From Octopus bimaculoides (Eukaryota), in the NCBI RefSeq assembly GCF_001194135.2, contig NC_069004.1, forward strand, positions 1,935,661 to 1,999,660: a stretch of 64,000 nt of DNA, in the 5' to 3' direction. A program made the position numbers and the translations under genes. Below, piece after piece: positions 24,601-36,860 of the stretch; the stretch's first letter is position 1; every line of letters begins with the position of its first letter. The notes under the pieces are model-generated. The model saw only the letters and a program-made list of their open reading frames with translations, was not told the DNA's origin and searched no databases.

Positions 24601-26142
24601 TTAAAAAACATTTTGAATGCAGTCGGAGACAATGATGGCTTAGAACAGGTATGAATTCTGTAGAAATGACAACTTGCTTCTTTTAAAAAGGATTCCGAGT
24701 CTGTAAAATGTTTCTAAGTTTATCATCGTAATCATCATTGGAATTCTAGATTTTTCCATCTAATGAGAATATTATTATGAAGTGGAATATGGTAGCTGTT
24801 TGGAAATAATTACAAAATAGATAAGGGTGGTGGGGTGGCAGAATTGTTAGTATGTCAGAGAAAATGCCTTGCTGCATTTATTTCAGTTATTTACATTCCG
24901 AGTTCAAACCCTGCTGTGGTCGACTTTGTCTTTCATCCCTCCAGGGTCGATTAAATAAAGGTCCAGTCAAGTACTGAGGATGATAGTATAAGCTTATCCC
25001 TTATTACCAGTTTTGTGTCTAAATTAAAGACAAAAAAATAAATTTGAAATAGATATAATAGCCACTTGTGTTAAGTGTACTTCATAAACCTGTGCCATTA
25101 TGAAGGCTTTTAAATTTCTCAGATCTCTATATTGAGAGACTTGTTCTGGTTGCCTCTGCCTCATCCAATCTGTCCCTTCTCTCACTGCTGTTCCCATCCA
25201 TTATGGGACATCTTTCTCAGCAGAACTATCCCTATCCTCCCCGCTGCCCTGCCAAGGTGTCGTCTACCTCGGCAGATCTGTATCTGTCCTCACTGCTGCC
25301 CTGCCAAGGTGTCGTCTACCTCAATGGATCAATCTCTATTCTCGCTGCTTCTGTCATATACAATGGGATATTGATCCAACTGACCCACATTTCTTTGTGT
25401 CTTCGTTCACCGTACTCCACATTATCTAGCTCTCTTGTGGATTATCGAAACAACACGACAGTTTGGAGGTTTAAAATCAGGGACATGGCAAGCTGTGTGG
25501 TAAGGAGTTTGCTTTCCAATCACATGGTTCCATGGTCAATCCCACTTTACGTCACTTTGGATATGTCTTCTATTAAGACTTCAGGCCAGCCAAAGCCTTG
25601 TGAGCAAATTTGGTAGATGGAAACTGAATGAAGCTTGTCGTATATACATATATATATATATATAGGTGTGGGTGTGTGTCTATGTTTGTCCCCCACCACC
25701 GCATGACAACTGGTGAGAGTTTGTTTATGTCCACATAACATTAGCAGTTTGGCAAGAGAGACTGATACATCAAGCACCAAGTTTTTTAAAAAAGTCCTGG
25801 GGTCCATTCATCTAAAAATTTCTCAAGGTACTGTCCCAGCATTGCCACAGCCTAATTACTGCAACACGTCAAAAATATAGGGTCGGAGTTGAATGAAGAA
25901 TTTGCAAATGAGTTTAATTGAAATTTGATCTTTAAGTACTTTCTTTTTTTCTTTTTTTACAGATTGATATGTGCCTCTTAGGACATGCGCTCGGTGTACA
26001 AATAACGGTGCCTCGTCTATATCGATATGGGAGAGAGGATTTTATACTAAAATTTCCTGATTTGCCGGACAAAAACTGGGACAAGGTGTATCTCATTACC
26101 GAAGACGATAGACATTACAACATTATAATAAAAGATAACTGA
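17872..26142 (+). CDS. OTULIN: OTULIN-family deubiquitinase, paralog B (7 coding exons, ~292 aa model)
   Basis: Exons 17872-17887 (ATG AGC GAA GTT AAA G|gtatgt), 20020-20049, 21819-21928, 22636-22788, 23691-23813, 24382-24648 and 25963-26142 (TGA). The last five exons have the same lengths as in paralog A (110/153/123/267/180 nt). RGDNYC and EDDRHYN are intact. The first two exons are less certain than the last five. Confidence 0.9.
20020..20049 (+). CDS. 30-nt phase1-phase1 microexon of OTULIN paralog B ([11 protein letters not shown])
   Basis: Polypyrimidine tract tttttttttcaacttttag|, donor AAG|gtaaat, open frame, and phases compatible with both neighbouring exons. Confidence 0.55.
22205..22390 (+). 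mobile_element. tRNA-derived SINE with gctccagtccactcagctggcaaaaa core
   Basis: ggcgcgtgacttagtagttaag...gagttcaattcccgg head. Related cores at ~18925-19170 and ~22010-22190. Confidence 0.6.
22405..22993 (+). repeat. 85-bp direct repeats (22405-22489, 22909-22993) flanking the catalytic exon of OTULIN B
   Basis: Identical GCATTTGTCTGGAGATAATATCTCTTATGG...CTACATTAAGT units 504 bp apart. Confidence 0.9.
25490..25875 (+). mobile_element. tRNA-headed SINE family C with internal (TA)n/(TG)n microsatellite, full length
   Basis: Head gtgtggtaag...catggttcc...cccact...ggtagatggaaactgaa, then a central microsatellite, then tail ...ccccagcat(g)gcc. Confidence 0.7.
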
Positions 26143-27630
26143 GAAGAGACAATTCTATGATTACATTTCTAATTCTCTGTCGTTATCTCTCTTCTCTGCT
26201 GATGATGATTGAGAAGAGAAGCTAGCATCTTGTTCATCAGCTGGGAATCTACTGCCACACTACATGTGGAGGCAACAGCTATTCGCATCAGTCAACTGTA
26301 CAAGCTGCTCTACTATATGCTGCTAGCTGACCAGTGGATTAAAAACATTACTTTACAAGTGGATTTTTGGATGAAGATAACAAGACTGAGCTACACACAG
26401 ACACTACACCATATGACCACCACCCAGAAACGGAACCCACCTTAAACAATATGGCTGTGAAACTTTAGCTTTTATTTATTTATTTATTTTTTACTTTGCA
26501 GAATTTTATTTATTTATTCCTTTTTTTGATTGCAACCACAACTGCAAAGACGGAGGGATTTGNNNNNNNNNNNNNNNNNNNNNNNNNNNNNNNNNNNNNN
26601 NNNNNNNNNNNNNNNNNNNNNNNNNNNNNNNNNNNNNNNNNNNNNNNNNNNNNNNNNNNNNNNNNNNNNNNNNNNNNNNNNNNNNNNNNNNNNNNNNNNN
26701 NNNNNNNNNNNNNNNNNNNNNNNNNNNNNNNNNNNNNNNNNNNNNNNNNNNNNNNNNNNNNNNNNNCCCCCCATGTCTGTATCTGTTAAAACTATAGTGA
26801 ACACTGTTGACATAAATGGTTCAAAACCATGCTCGAATCATTGAATAAAACTTTTTAATTTCTGTTGCTGAGGTATTTTGGAAGAAAGCCAATCTAAAAG
26901 CCATTCACATATTTGAATACTCATGTTGCCAGAGATTATCAAAAGTTTTCCTATTTTCAAGGACCATTTAAATTGTGTGGCTACAAGCTTATCACTATTC
27001 AGTTTGGGTTACTGGTGGGGAAATCTATTTTAAGGACAAGATGCGTAAAAGTTAACAAAACTGGATCGTTTCTACTGATCTAAGAAACACCTTCTAGATG
27101 TCAAATTTTGCTCGATANNNNNNNNNNGACAGAGTTTGGTCACATTTGCATTTAATTTAAATTGAGACAATCTAGAAGAAAAAATAAGGAAATAGAGCCT
27201 CTAAGTTTTAGCCAATCTGGATTGCAACCTCTTCTTATCCCTTCAAAAAAACGTGGAATTCTAACCTCCAGACACGAGACACTGCTGTTTTACATTTAAA
27301 TGCAGCATATGTGTTTGTGTCTGTGTGTGTGTGATGCTACGCAACAGCTCATGTGCTGAATGTAAATATCCTTGTTTCATCCCTTTTTTTTTTTTTTTTT
27401 TGATATATTAACTGTCTCAACCACTGTGCCTCTCCTTGTTGAAATACATTTGGGACAAAGATGTGTTGAACTTGTTGGTTACTGTAGTGTAAGAACTATG
27501 GTCTGTCTAGAACATTCCTTTCAACATGACGTCTACTATTCTGTGTGCGAGAATCAAAAGCACACCAGTTTAGTTTATTTATCTGAAAAGGGTTGTTGCT
27601 TCATTTATTCAAATATAAAGTACATTTTTT
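26143..27630 (+). other. Probable 3' UTR of OTULIN paralog B
   Basis: Collinear with 9302-10890. Ends with TATAAA (27614-27619) where paralog A has AATAAA. Confidence 0.5.
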
Positions 27631-27665
27631 AAAAACCATCAGTGTTTTGACTTTTATTTCATATG

Positions 27666-27705
<40 letters not shown>

Positions 27706-27729
27706 ATATACATACACTTATATATAAAC

Positions 27730-28860
27730 AGGTTGTGTCTGCCATGTTAAGAACAAAAGTGGTCCATAAGTAGCTCAAACTAAATATCTTCTCTTTTTTC
27801 AGCTCCAGAATCTAGAGCAGACAATAAAATCACATACCATTCTCATTGCCTTAGGTACAAACCACAGTAATTCTGAGATTGCAACCTCCTTAAATGTTAC
27901 CAGGTCTTTCATGTTTAGGAGCAGAAAAGAGCTCCTGGCCTCTAGTAGGAATGCATGTTCCTTGGCCAAAAAGACTATTTTGGCAATCACACATTTTCAG
28001 AAAAATTAGGTTTCTTCACCAAGTCCAGAACATCATTAACAAGAATCCAGCAAGTCAACGAGGGTCATTGCTAATTGTTTCCATGTGTCAGAGTTAATGA
28101 TTAGACATGTGGTGCACAAAGTCATCACATACAAATCCTGTATTATAAGGTGGCAGATCATGTCTGATAAAACCCAGGAAAACCATGAGACCTGGTTGAA
28201 GTGCTTGTGGAACCCAAGCACCCCAAGAATCCCAACATGCTCTGGTTCCTGGTTCTTCTCAGATGAGAACTTTATCCAAGATCAAAAACTGAACAAAAGG
28301 AATGACAGATGGCTCTGCCACCAGCCCTGTTTAAGACACCATTATTATGCACATCAAGTTCCTATCATCTTTAATAGCCATGGGGTTTGTGAACCATGTC
28401 ATGCCCCTCATTTTTTCTCACAAGATGTTAGGGTCAATGCAGGAGCCTTCATCGAAACAATGGAGATGGTTGTCAAGCTTTAGATCAAGACACTTATTTA
28501 AGGGAAGCTGTACGTCCCAGAATGACTTGGCTCCTTCTCTCCCAGCCTGGCACAAACCAGAAGTGGGTGGCCGGAAATGCTCATAATTATGTCACCCTTA
28601 ACGTTTGGCCTTCTAATTCACCTAATTTAAAACTCCTGGGGTATTGTTGGGAGGGAGAATAATGAACATGCATACAATACCAAGGACTTGTTGACGTCTG
28701 CTGTTAGGAACATTGTGGACAGCATGAATAAAGATTCTTTGATCAATGGGTTTAGTTGTTTCAGAAACTGTTTGAAGGCAGTAGTCGAGTCTGATGGCAA
28801 CTTTACTGAATTGCCTTTTACTTTGCATAGGTAAGAATATGTATATGAAATTCTTTAAAA
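27730..28860 (+). mobile_element. Degenerate Tc1/mariner transposase, maT/DD37D-like
   Basis: Fragments HSNSEIATSLNVTRSF (HTH), WFFSDENFIQDQKLNKRNDRWLC, QNDLAPS and VWPSNSPNL (SPDLN motif). Frameshifted, with a SINE inserted at the 3' side. Confidence 0.7.
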
Positions 28861-29903
28861 ACGTATTCATCATCATCATCATCGTTTAATGTCTGTTTTC
28901 CATGCTGGCATGGGTTGGATGGTTCGACTGGGGTCTGGGAAGCCAGGAGGCTGCACCAGGCCCCAGTCTGATGGAGAGAATTAAATAAGAATGAAGCCTG
29001 GTAGGGTATTATTTGGTCCTATAGTCGTTACCTCTGCTTCATATACGACGGTCTCCACGTCAAAGTGGTCAATATATTTAAATCAATACTTTACATGGAC
29101 ACTTAAAGTACTACCAATTTACTATTCTGTAAGTATGCCACCACCACCCCACACTCAAATCTTATATGGATACCCCCTCCCCAGATTTCAAACGGACCCT
29201 GGCTGAGAACCACTGTAGACATTTTTTTCCTCCATTGCTATCAGCAGTTTTGCCAATTCCTATCCGGTCCTCTCAGTCTTTTTCTTGCACACACACACAT
29301 AACGGCTCCGACAGATGGACGCTAAAGATCATTTACGTTTTCTGAATTTGATTTCATATTTCCGTCGAGTATGTGCATTCATAACGAATTTTAAGATGAC
29401 TGTGATAGAATTTGCCTGAAAACATCATCCATCATCTTATTGTTTAATTAGGGAAGCTGAAAACCGGGATAAACCTTTTTTTGTTTTTTGTTTTTTTGTT
29501 AGGAAACTGAAATAGAAAAAACTTGGTTGACAAGATACGAGAAGAGTTAAATAAAGAAAAGTTATCACAAAGAACAGATTAATGCGAAATTCCTTTAGCC
29601 GGACATTCGAATTTTAAGTATATCACGGTTAAAAAACATCAACCTCGCAAGAATTTCAACACTGAGGAAAATAAAAAAAACGAAATTTTTAGTTTCATAT
29701 TTAAAAGAAAAGCAAAAATATCTATGTTGACGCGGACGCGCGACTGTGTCTGTGCGAGTGTGCGTGTGCGCACGAACATCTCTGTGCTGTGAGAGTGGAT
29801 GTGTGTGTGGAGTTATGTATACGCGTGTGCGTGCGAGTATGTCTCCTGTGAAAGTGGATGTGTGTGTGCGCGCGCGTGTGTGTATGTATGTGTGATCTGA
29901 GCG

Positions 29904-29909
29904 TATAAA
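29904..29909 (+). promoter_or_regulatory. Candidate TATA box of HAUS2
   Basis: TATAAA ~55 nt upstream of the ATG, in a locally CpG-rich stretch. Confidence 0.35.
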
Positions 29910-29963
29910 GCTCTCCTGACTGGAGAGGCGAGAAAGTCATTACCGCTCAATTTCAAATTCAAA

Positions 29964-32900
29964 ATGGGAAAGATGCAAGTTGAAGATGATCGCTGTTATT
30001 ACGATGACGTCTATAGATGTCTCTCTGAAGTGCATTGTATGTCAAAGAAATATGGACTCGGCGAGAAGGTAAAACACGGGAAATGATGTCTTTTTAAATT
30101 TAAAAAAATAATATATTAAGCAATCACTTTTCGCTTAATACGAAGCGGAATGTTTTCAACGATGGAAGTATTCTATCTCTGTTGTTGCTTATGAATTTTC
30201 ACAAATTCTGTGAACTGACAAAATTCATTTCTTCGTCAATTTCGTAATATTAAATGTCACGAACAGTGCAGTTACCAGTGTATGTAACTAAATGCTGTCA
30301 GTTATTATTGCTCGTAACATCATATTAGTATTCCCTGTTATGCCACCGATGACATCGCTTCAGTCGAAGGAATTATATCATAAACCGAAAAATCTTAATA
30401 TATATTATAAGGTTTTTAAACTTTTAAATTTTCATATTCAAAAGAGACAGAGACTTCAAATTCGATATATCGATTTATTCACCACTCTATGTTAACATTT
30501 CTGTGCCAAACTTATCCTGTGACTGGTCCATTGGATTTAGACATTTGGCACTTCTTCAGGATCAGGAGTGGTTACCTTTCGAACAAAACACGAAAAAACA
30601 CATACATAACTATTATTAAGTCTTTAGNNNNNNNNNNAGAATAGTTTTTCACTCGATATTATCTTTAAAATGATACGTAACTGATGCAAGTAATTACTTT
30701 TCCATATTATAAATATCAGTCTAGGGTAATCTTCCAGTTTCGAGGGGTTAAATAAATTACAAGGGAAATAACTGAACGTCTTACCAGTATTATCCGTACT
30801 ACTTTGTTTATAAATAAATCACGTGATTTGATTGACGTTAACTGTTTATATATAATTCACACACATGATTGAATATCATAGTTTCTTATGAGAAATCGAA
30901 AATGCCTCGTGGAAGACCGGCTGCACAACATCTAACCCGAACCCTAACCCTAACCCTAAACTTTTATTTTAAAAAATTCCGACGCATGCTGTTTGTAAAA
31001 AGAAAAAAGCCTTTTAAACTTTTATAAAAAAAAAAATTCCATCGCATGCTGTTTTAGATTCTTTTCTGCCTGTTAAAATTCCGTCGCATGCTGTTTTAGA
31101 GAAAAAGTAGTACAGATAATACTGGTAAGTCGTTCAGTTATTTCCCTTGTAATTTATTTAACCCCTCGAAACTGGAAGATTACCCCAATCTAGATAAGAT
31201 AGACAAATATCTTTTGCGGCGACATATTTTGTAATTATTTTCATCCGTGTTTCTGTGTTAAGATAAATCGACAAAACATTACAGCTGTGCCTAAGTCACC
31301 AAAGGATCGATAAGTTCTGATTTTTAGTTTGTTGTTATTAATATTTTGCATCATATTTGTTTGCCGTTTATCAATGACGGCGTTGTTGCCCTGATTTAAA
31401 AAAAAATAAAACTCAATAACCTAAAATGTTACTAGGACTGCTTGACATACTTTTAGTTCGACATCGACCCCTATTGTGATTGTTGTAACGTTTTGTCTCC
31501 CTTGATATTGCAGTTAAGTCATGAAGAGCTGAAAGAAAGGCAAAGGGCACCACTCACTCGGAAGTACCAATCCTTCGCCTTGATTGATGTCCTGCAGCAG
31601 ACGCGATCGACGCAGAAGTTAATCAATGACGTAAGTTACTTCCCATTTTTATTTACTGTGTTCATAAGTTTGTTTTCGTGCGCCCGTTAACTTGTCTATA
31701 TAAATATAAACAAATACATATATACATAGGTATCAAAGCCAATATAAACCATAGATCCAAACCAGGATTCCAGGTATGACGTGTATAAAAGAAGAACACA
31801 AGTGGGATTTTTATCACATTATCTAGTAAAGAAATATACCACTTTTCCATTGCAGGTTCAGCTTAAGAAACAGGAAAGAATGCTTCAACATGAGGCAGAA
31901 GATATTATATCATGCACTAAAATAGGTTAGTTTTCTCTTCTGTTTTTATATTTCAGTTCATGTTTTGTATAATTTTGACGGTTTTGTTGATGTTGCAGTA
32001 TATTGGTGTTTCTTGTTCTTGATGTCAACGTTATCTTTGTCAAAAATGTTAGCATTAATGACTTGTAGTATTTCATTATGCAACCATAATATGCTACAAA
32101 GTATATTGAATGCTTTCATAAGTCAATACCATGTACTCCTGTGTTAGCAGTGCTATTAAATCACGTGTTACAGTCATCTCTACAGATATTCTGTAGAAAT
32201 TATAACCAGCTCTGATTTTGTTACAATGTTTCATATCCAAGACATCAGATATAAACAAGATTGAAGTTGAAAAAATGGGCAATGGGCATATATGTTTTTG
32301 GTCTTTCATCAGCATGGTTTAGGTAGCCATTATAGTAGCCATGTGAGACAAAGAATACACAATTTGGTAGTTGGCAAGTAATTATTCAATAGTTTGTGTT
32401 AATAAAGCACTTCTTGAGCAACATTGACTCTTTTGTTACCATATTTCTGTTGAAATCACTACTTTTCTTTCGATTCCTTTGCAAAATAACGAAGAATTTA
32501 GTAAAATGACTTTAACTTGATGTTTGAAATTAACATGTCATTTTGCTGGTAAGTTCCCATTTTGGTCACTTCAAATCAGAAAGTTTGTAACATAAAACCA
32601 GGGCCAGTCTCAGACAGGTTGGTATCGAAAGGTTTAAGTCTTAAAGTACAGAATCACAAGGAACCACAACTGCCAAGGATATTTTAGTGCCATCTGTATG
32701 CACCAACAATCTAAGTCATATCAAAATTTATTGATTCTGAGTTGATTTGGAATGATCACAAAGTTGATAATTGTTCAAACAGGCCAGATCTAGCCTCTCA
32801 GACCTACCCAACAATATCATTCGAAAATTAAAGAATTATCATTGAAATTTTGATGCTACAAAATAATGCAGGATCAATTCAAAACAATGTGAATAAATAG

Positions 32901-35605
32901 GCATCACACTCGTCGTAATTGTCTGAATGTTGAAGGGTTTAGGGGACACTGACAGAAGACATTTGGACAAGGTTTCATGGGTTCAGATTTAGAAATATTT
33001 GACTATGATGTGAGTTTCTTAACCCACCCCCCTCCATAGCCATGCCCGCATCCTTTATCTGAATTGTTTTGAATATTTTGTTGTTGTCAATGGTCATTAA
33101 TTCCAACATAGTATTGTTATTTATTGTGTTCTTGTTTCTCTTAATTCAAAGATGCTAAAAATTTTTGTTTTTATTTTTCCATAGAGAAGAACCTCAATGA
33201 AATCTCTTCCTTCAATGAATATTTGAAAACCATTCTTCAGAAGAAACAGTCACTTCTTACTAATCTGCAAAGACCTCTCGTTGAAAATGCTATCAAACTT
33301 GAAGTGAAGTATCACAGGTATTAGTCTGTATTATGTTGCCTTTCAGCCTTTCATTGTTTTCCATACTCATGGCTTCCTGTCTCCTGTTCCCCTCCACATT
33401 TGATTATGAATAGGAAGAAGATCCAGCTGCAGTGAAGCAGTGACAAAGCCAAAACTACTTCCTATCATTATTCTGTTGTTGTTTTAATGCTTACTTTTCC
33501 ATGCTCACATGAGTTGGACGGAATTTGTTGAGGTGGATGTTTTATAGCCATAAAAATGCATGTCTCCTGAAATTACTGGCCTTGTGTCTGAATTTGAATC
33601 CAATGATGGCTTACTCTGGTTGTGATGATGGAAAAAGAAAATGTATTTAAATTCTGTTTTGGTTTTGAAGATTTAATTTTTAGTATTTTCCCCCCTTTTA
33701 AGGTGGGGAGCTGGCAGAACCTTTAGCATGCTTGGGCAAAATGCTTAGCAGTGTTTCGTCTATCTTTACATTCTGAATTCCAATTCTGCTGAGAATGTCT
33801 TTGTCTTTCATCCTTTGTCCATTATATATCCAGATGAAGGATGTATATGGAGTTACCTTCCTTTAGATAACCAAAGAGCTGAAGGGTTCCATTAAGGTTC
33901 CTCTGAGTGACCTTGACCTTCTTCTGGTGGCAGTTCAATGACTTGCTAATTAACCTATAGCTGGGATCCTGACGGAAGCTACTACTCTGGGTCAGAATGA
34001 CCTGGGTATAATAGTGTCTAAGAGGTGTGTTCGACATTCCTCAAAACCGTGGATCTCCCAAAGCAGCTCTTCATTATCAGATGCAGTTTTAAGTCAGACC
34101 CAAGACAAATAAGTAAAATTATGTGTATTTTTATTAAGTTACTTTGTGTCACAAACATTGTTCTCCAACTAACCTCTCTTTATCATGAATATTTTTCTTT
34201 TGCAGTATTTTTGTGAAAATGTTGTCCCATTCTGCAAATGTTTTGCAAAATTTGATGAAAAACATTGAAAACATCAACTGGATAAAATTAACAAAGTTAG
34301 CAGCTCCAAATAAACTGGTGAGTTCTTTCATATTTATCTCTTTAGATATCTACAGCTAGACACTAACTCCTTTCTTTCTTCCACCCAGTCACCCAGGCCC
34401 ACCTGACATCATCACTCCCTCTCCCTCAACTCCCTTTTCGGTCACCTGAGCAAATTTTCACACTCTAGGTCAACGGTTCTGTAAAGAAGTGTCTGTAAAA
34501 CTAGTTTTTAAACATCGAATGATTGTTGGGGGTCTACCAGAATGAAATAGTAATCAAAGGGGTCCGTAGATAAAAATGGTTGAGAAGTCCTGTTTTAGGA
34601 TCATTGTGCACTTTCAGCATTTACTTGTTCCCTTCAGCCATTTCTGGCCTCACTGCTTTCTCTTGCTCTCTCCTCCTCTTATCTTCCCTCTCTGGTCTAC
34701 TTGTCTAAGCTCTAAATCCAAACATGGACAACCATTCAGAACATTCTGGATGGCATGTGTAACAAATAATTACCTTCGATTTTTTTCAGTGGTGGTGATG
34801 CCCAACAAATGATGAGTCATGTCTCATCATGCAGCCTGCTTCTCGTAAAAGGTTGCCCATGCCTGCTCTTGGTAACCTCTTATGAAAAGGTGACTCTGAT
34901 CAGCCTTCCTGTAAAAGGTTTTACTCTCTACCTTGTCTTCTGTACAAAACACCACCTTTCTTGCATTGATGCCAGCCCTACAACTTGCACTCCTTTCAAA
35001 GTGATCAGTGAAACAAATCAATCTCTTTGGTACTGGTATCATAAAGGTAAAAAAGAAGGAAGAGAAGGGGGAGAACTATCAATGCTGTAGTATCATCCTA
35101 AGTCATTTTAGGTGATGCTCCAATACTGCCATTACATCTTTGTAGATTGAACGGTGAGATCAATAAAATAAACGACATGCATACATGTGTGTGTGTGTGT
35201 GACCGACTCACAGATCCAGTCTTTATTATTATAACCGATTATTAAACAAGTGTTATTGAAGTGAAACAAGCTCTTGGTCAGCCAGGTTTGCATTCTGGTT
35301 CTGATTCTTGTCTGAAGTTATTTTAATTCCCCTAATTAATTAAGCTTAATACCATACAATGTCATCTTCTCTCTTCTATAAATATGACACATCTATTGTC
35401 AATATATGAAAACTATAACATTGATTATTTTTGTTTATGCAGTAAATCCTTAGTTTGTGGAGGTCACCAAGACTAATACGTGCGTTCTTTCTCTTTTCAG
35501 CCTGAAATCGTTGATTATATTGAGACCAACTTGGCCCAAGTTAACACAAATTATCACTTAATGTGCCAGATTAAAACTCGTTTGAATCTATTACAAAATC
35601 CATAG
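29964..35605 (+). CDS. HAUS2: HAUS augmin-like complex subunit 2 (6 exons, ~213 aa)
   Basis: Exons 29964-30068, 31514-31630, 31856-31925, 33185-33317, 34206-34317 and 35501-35605 (TAG) are phase-compatible. LQQTRSTQKLINDVQL...EYLKTILQKKQSLLTNLQRPLVENAIKLEVKYH aligns by eye to HAUS2 LQQITNIQAEIYQ...[33 protein letters not shown]. Confidence 0.85.
30724..31185. mobile_element. MITE with 82-bp terminal inverted repeats in HAUS2 intron 1
   Basis: 30724-30805 is the reverse complement of 31104-31185, with 2 mismatches by eye. The interior has (TAACCC)-type repeats and three AAATTCCRWCGCATGCTGTTT copies. No clear TSD. Confidence 0.75.
34490..34865. mobile_element. hAT-type MITE end fragments
   Basis: AAAAATGGTTGAGAAGTCCTG and AAAAGGTTGCCCATGCCTG resemble hAT/Charlie TIR ends. 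Similar CAGTGCTTCTCA ends occur at ~50347 and ~61104. Confidence 0.4.
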
Positions 35606-36499
35606 AAACAAATCCCAAATATTTTCTCCTTTGAAAAGCGGTTTTAGATTTATCATCTGCTTGGTTATCTTTCTGCTTAACTGTAATTTTGGAGCAGCAA
35701 TAATTTCTTTAATTTGAAATATTCACTGGCAGTTTATTCAAATTTATTTCTTTAACATATACAATTTATTTATATATTAACCTCTTGACAAGCATGGTTT
35801 ATCAAATTCAATGTTGAAGCATAGCCTTCGGGACTGACTCTTCCCTTTTTTATGTTGTCTTGATATATGGGGACCAGTCCTAAACATCTAATCTATTTAT
35901 CATTAGCTCACCTATTAGATTTGATATGGAATATATGACTCTACTATTGTCCTTTTAAGTGGATCTTGATGCTTCACATGATGTGGGCCAAGTCTTGTGA
36001 GTCAATGCATTTGTGTAAAAATTAAATTCTAAAATTAAAACAACAGTCTGTCTTCACTTCCTCTTCTTGCTAAAAGCTTTTCTGATGGTTATCTGGTTAA
36101 AGTTCTCTCCAAAGCAATCATGAGGAAATGATTGCTTAATTGATAGTTAAGAGGCCTGTTGTCTCTCAAAAAACTTCTGTTTACATAACACACAAAATAG
36201 AACTTTTCTTATTTGTTTCCATCCTTTCAGGGTTGACAAAATACCAATCAAATATTAAGGTGGGGCTGGCTATGTAATTGCCAAATATTTCCCTTCAAAA
36301 TTATTGGTCTTGTGCCAAAATTAGATATTATTAGTCTAATTCTTTATTGTTTTTGTTTCTCCTTAGCTCTGATGTTTGTGCTTTCCTTATATATTCTGTT
36401 TATAATTGTCAGTATTTTCTACATGTTACAGTTGTGGTGTTTCATATTCTTTTCTTGTTCTTCACTTCCTGTATTTTGACTTTATGGTATTGCTTCTTA

Positions 36500-36860
36500 C
36501 GAAAGTGTTATTGTCTAAGTTAATAAAGTTCTACATATTTATTAACTGTCTTTATGTAATTTTTTTGTCAAATAATTAAACCTGATCTGAGTGAATTTCT
36601 CCCAGGTTTTTAATTTTTGTTCTTTAGTTTGTTTTTAGTTCTGTATCTTTTTGTTAATGGCTGTTGGTATTTTCTACGTTGTCATGGCGTTTTGTATATA
36701 ATTCTTTTCTTATCGTTTATGTCCCATCATTGACTTCATAGTTAAATTTATTTATCTAGTGAAAGTGTTATTAATTTGTTAAGTTAATAAAGTTTTGTAT
36801 TGTACATTCTAATAAATTATTAGCTGTCATTTAATTTTTTTGTCAAATAATTAAAACGTG
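36500..36860 (+). repeat. Degenerate ~260-bp-period tandem duplication downstream of HAUS2
   Basis: gaaagtgttatt...aagttaataaagtt...ttttgtcaaataattaaa...tgatctgagt occurs at ~36501 and ~36760. Confidence 0.6.
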
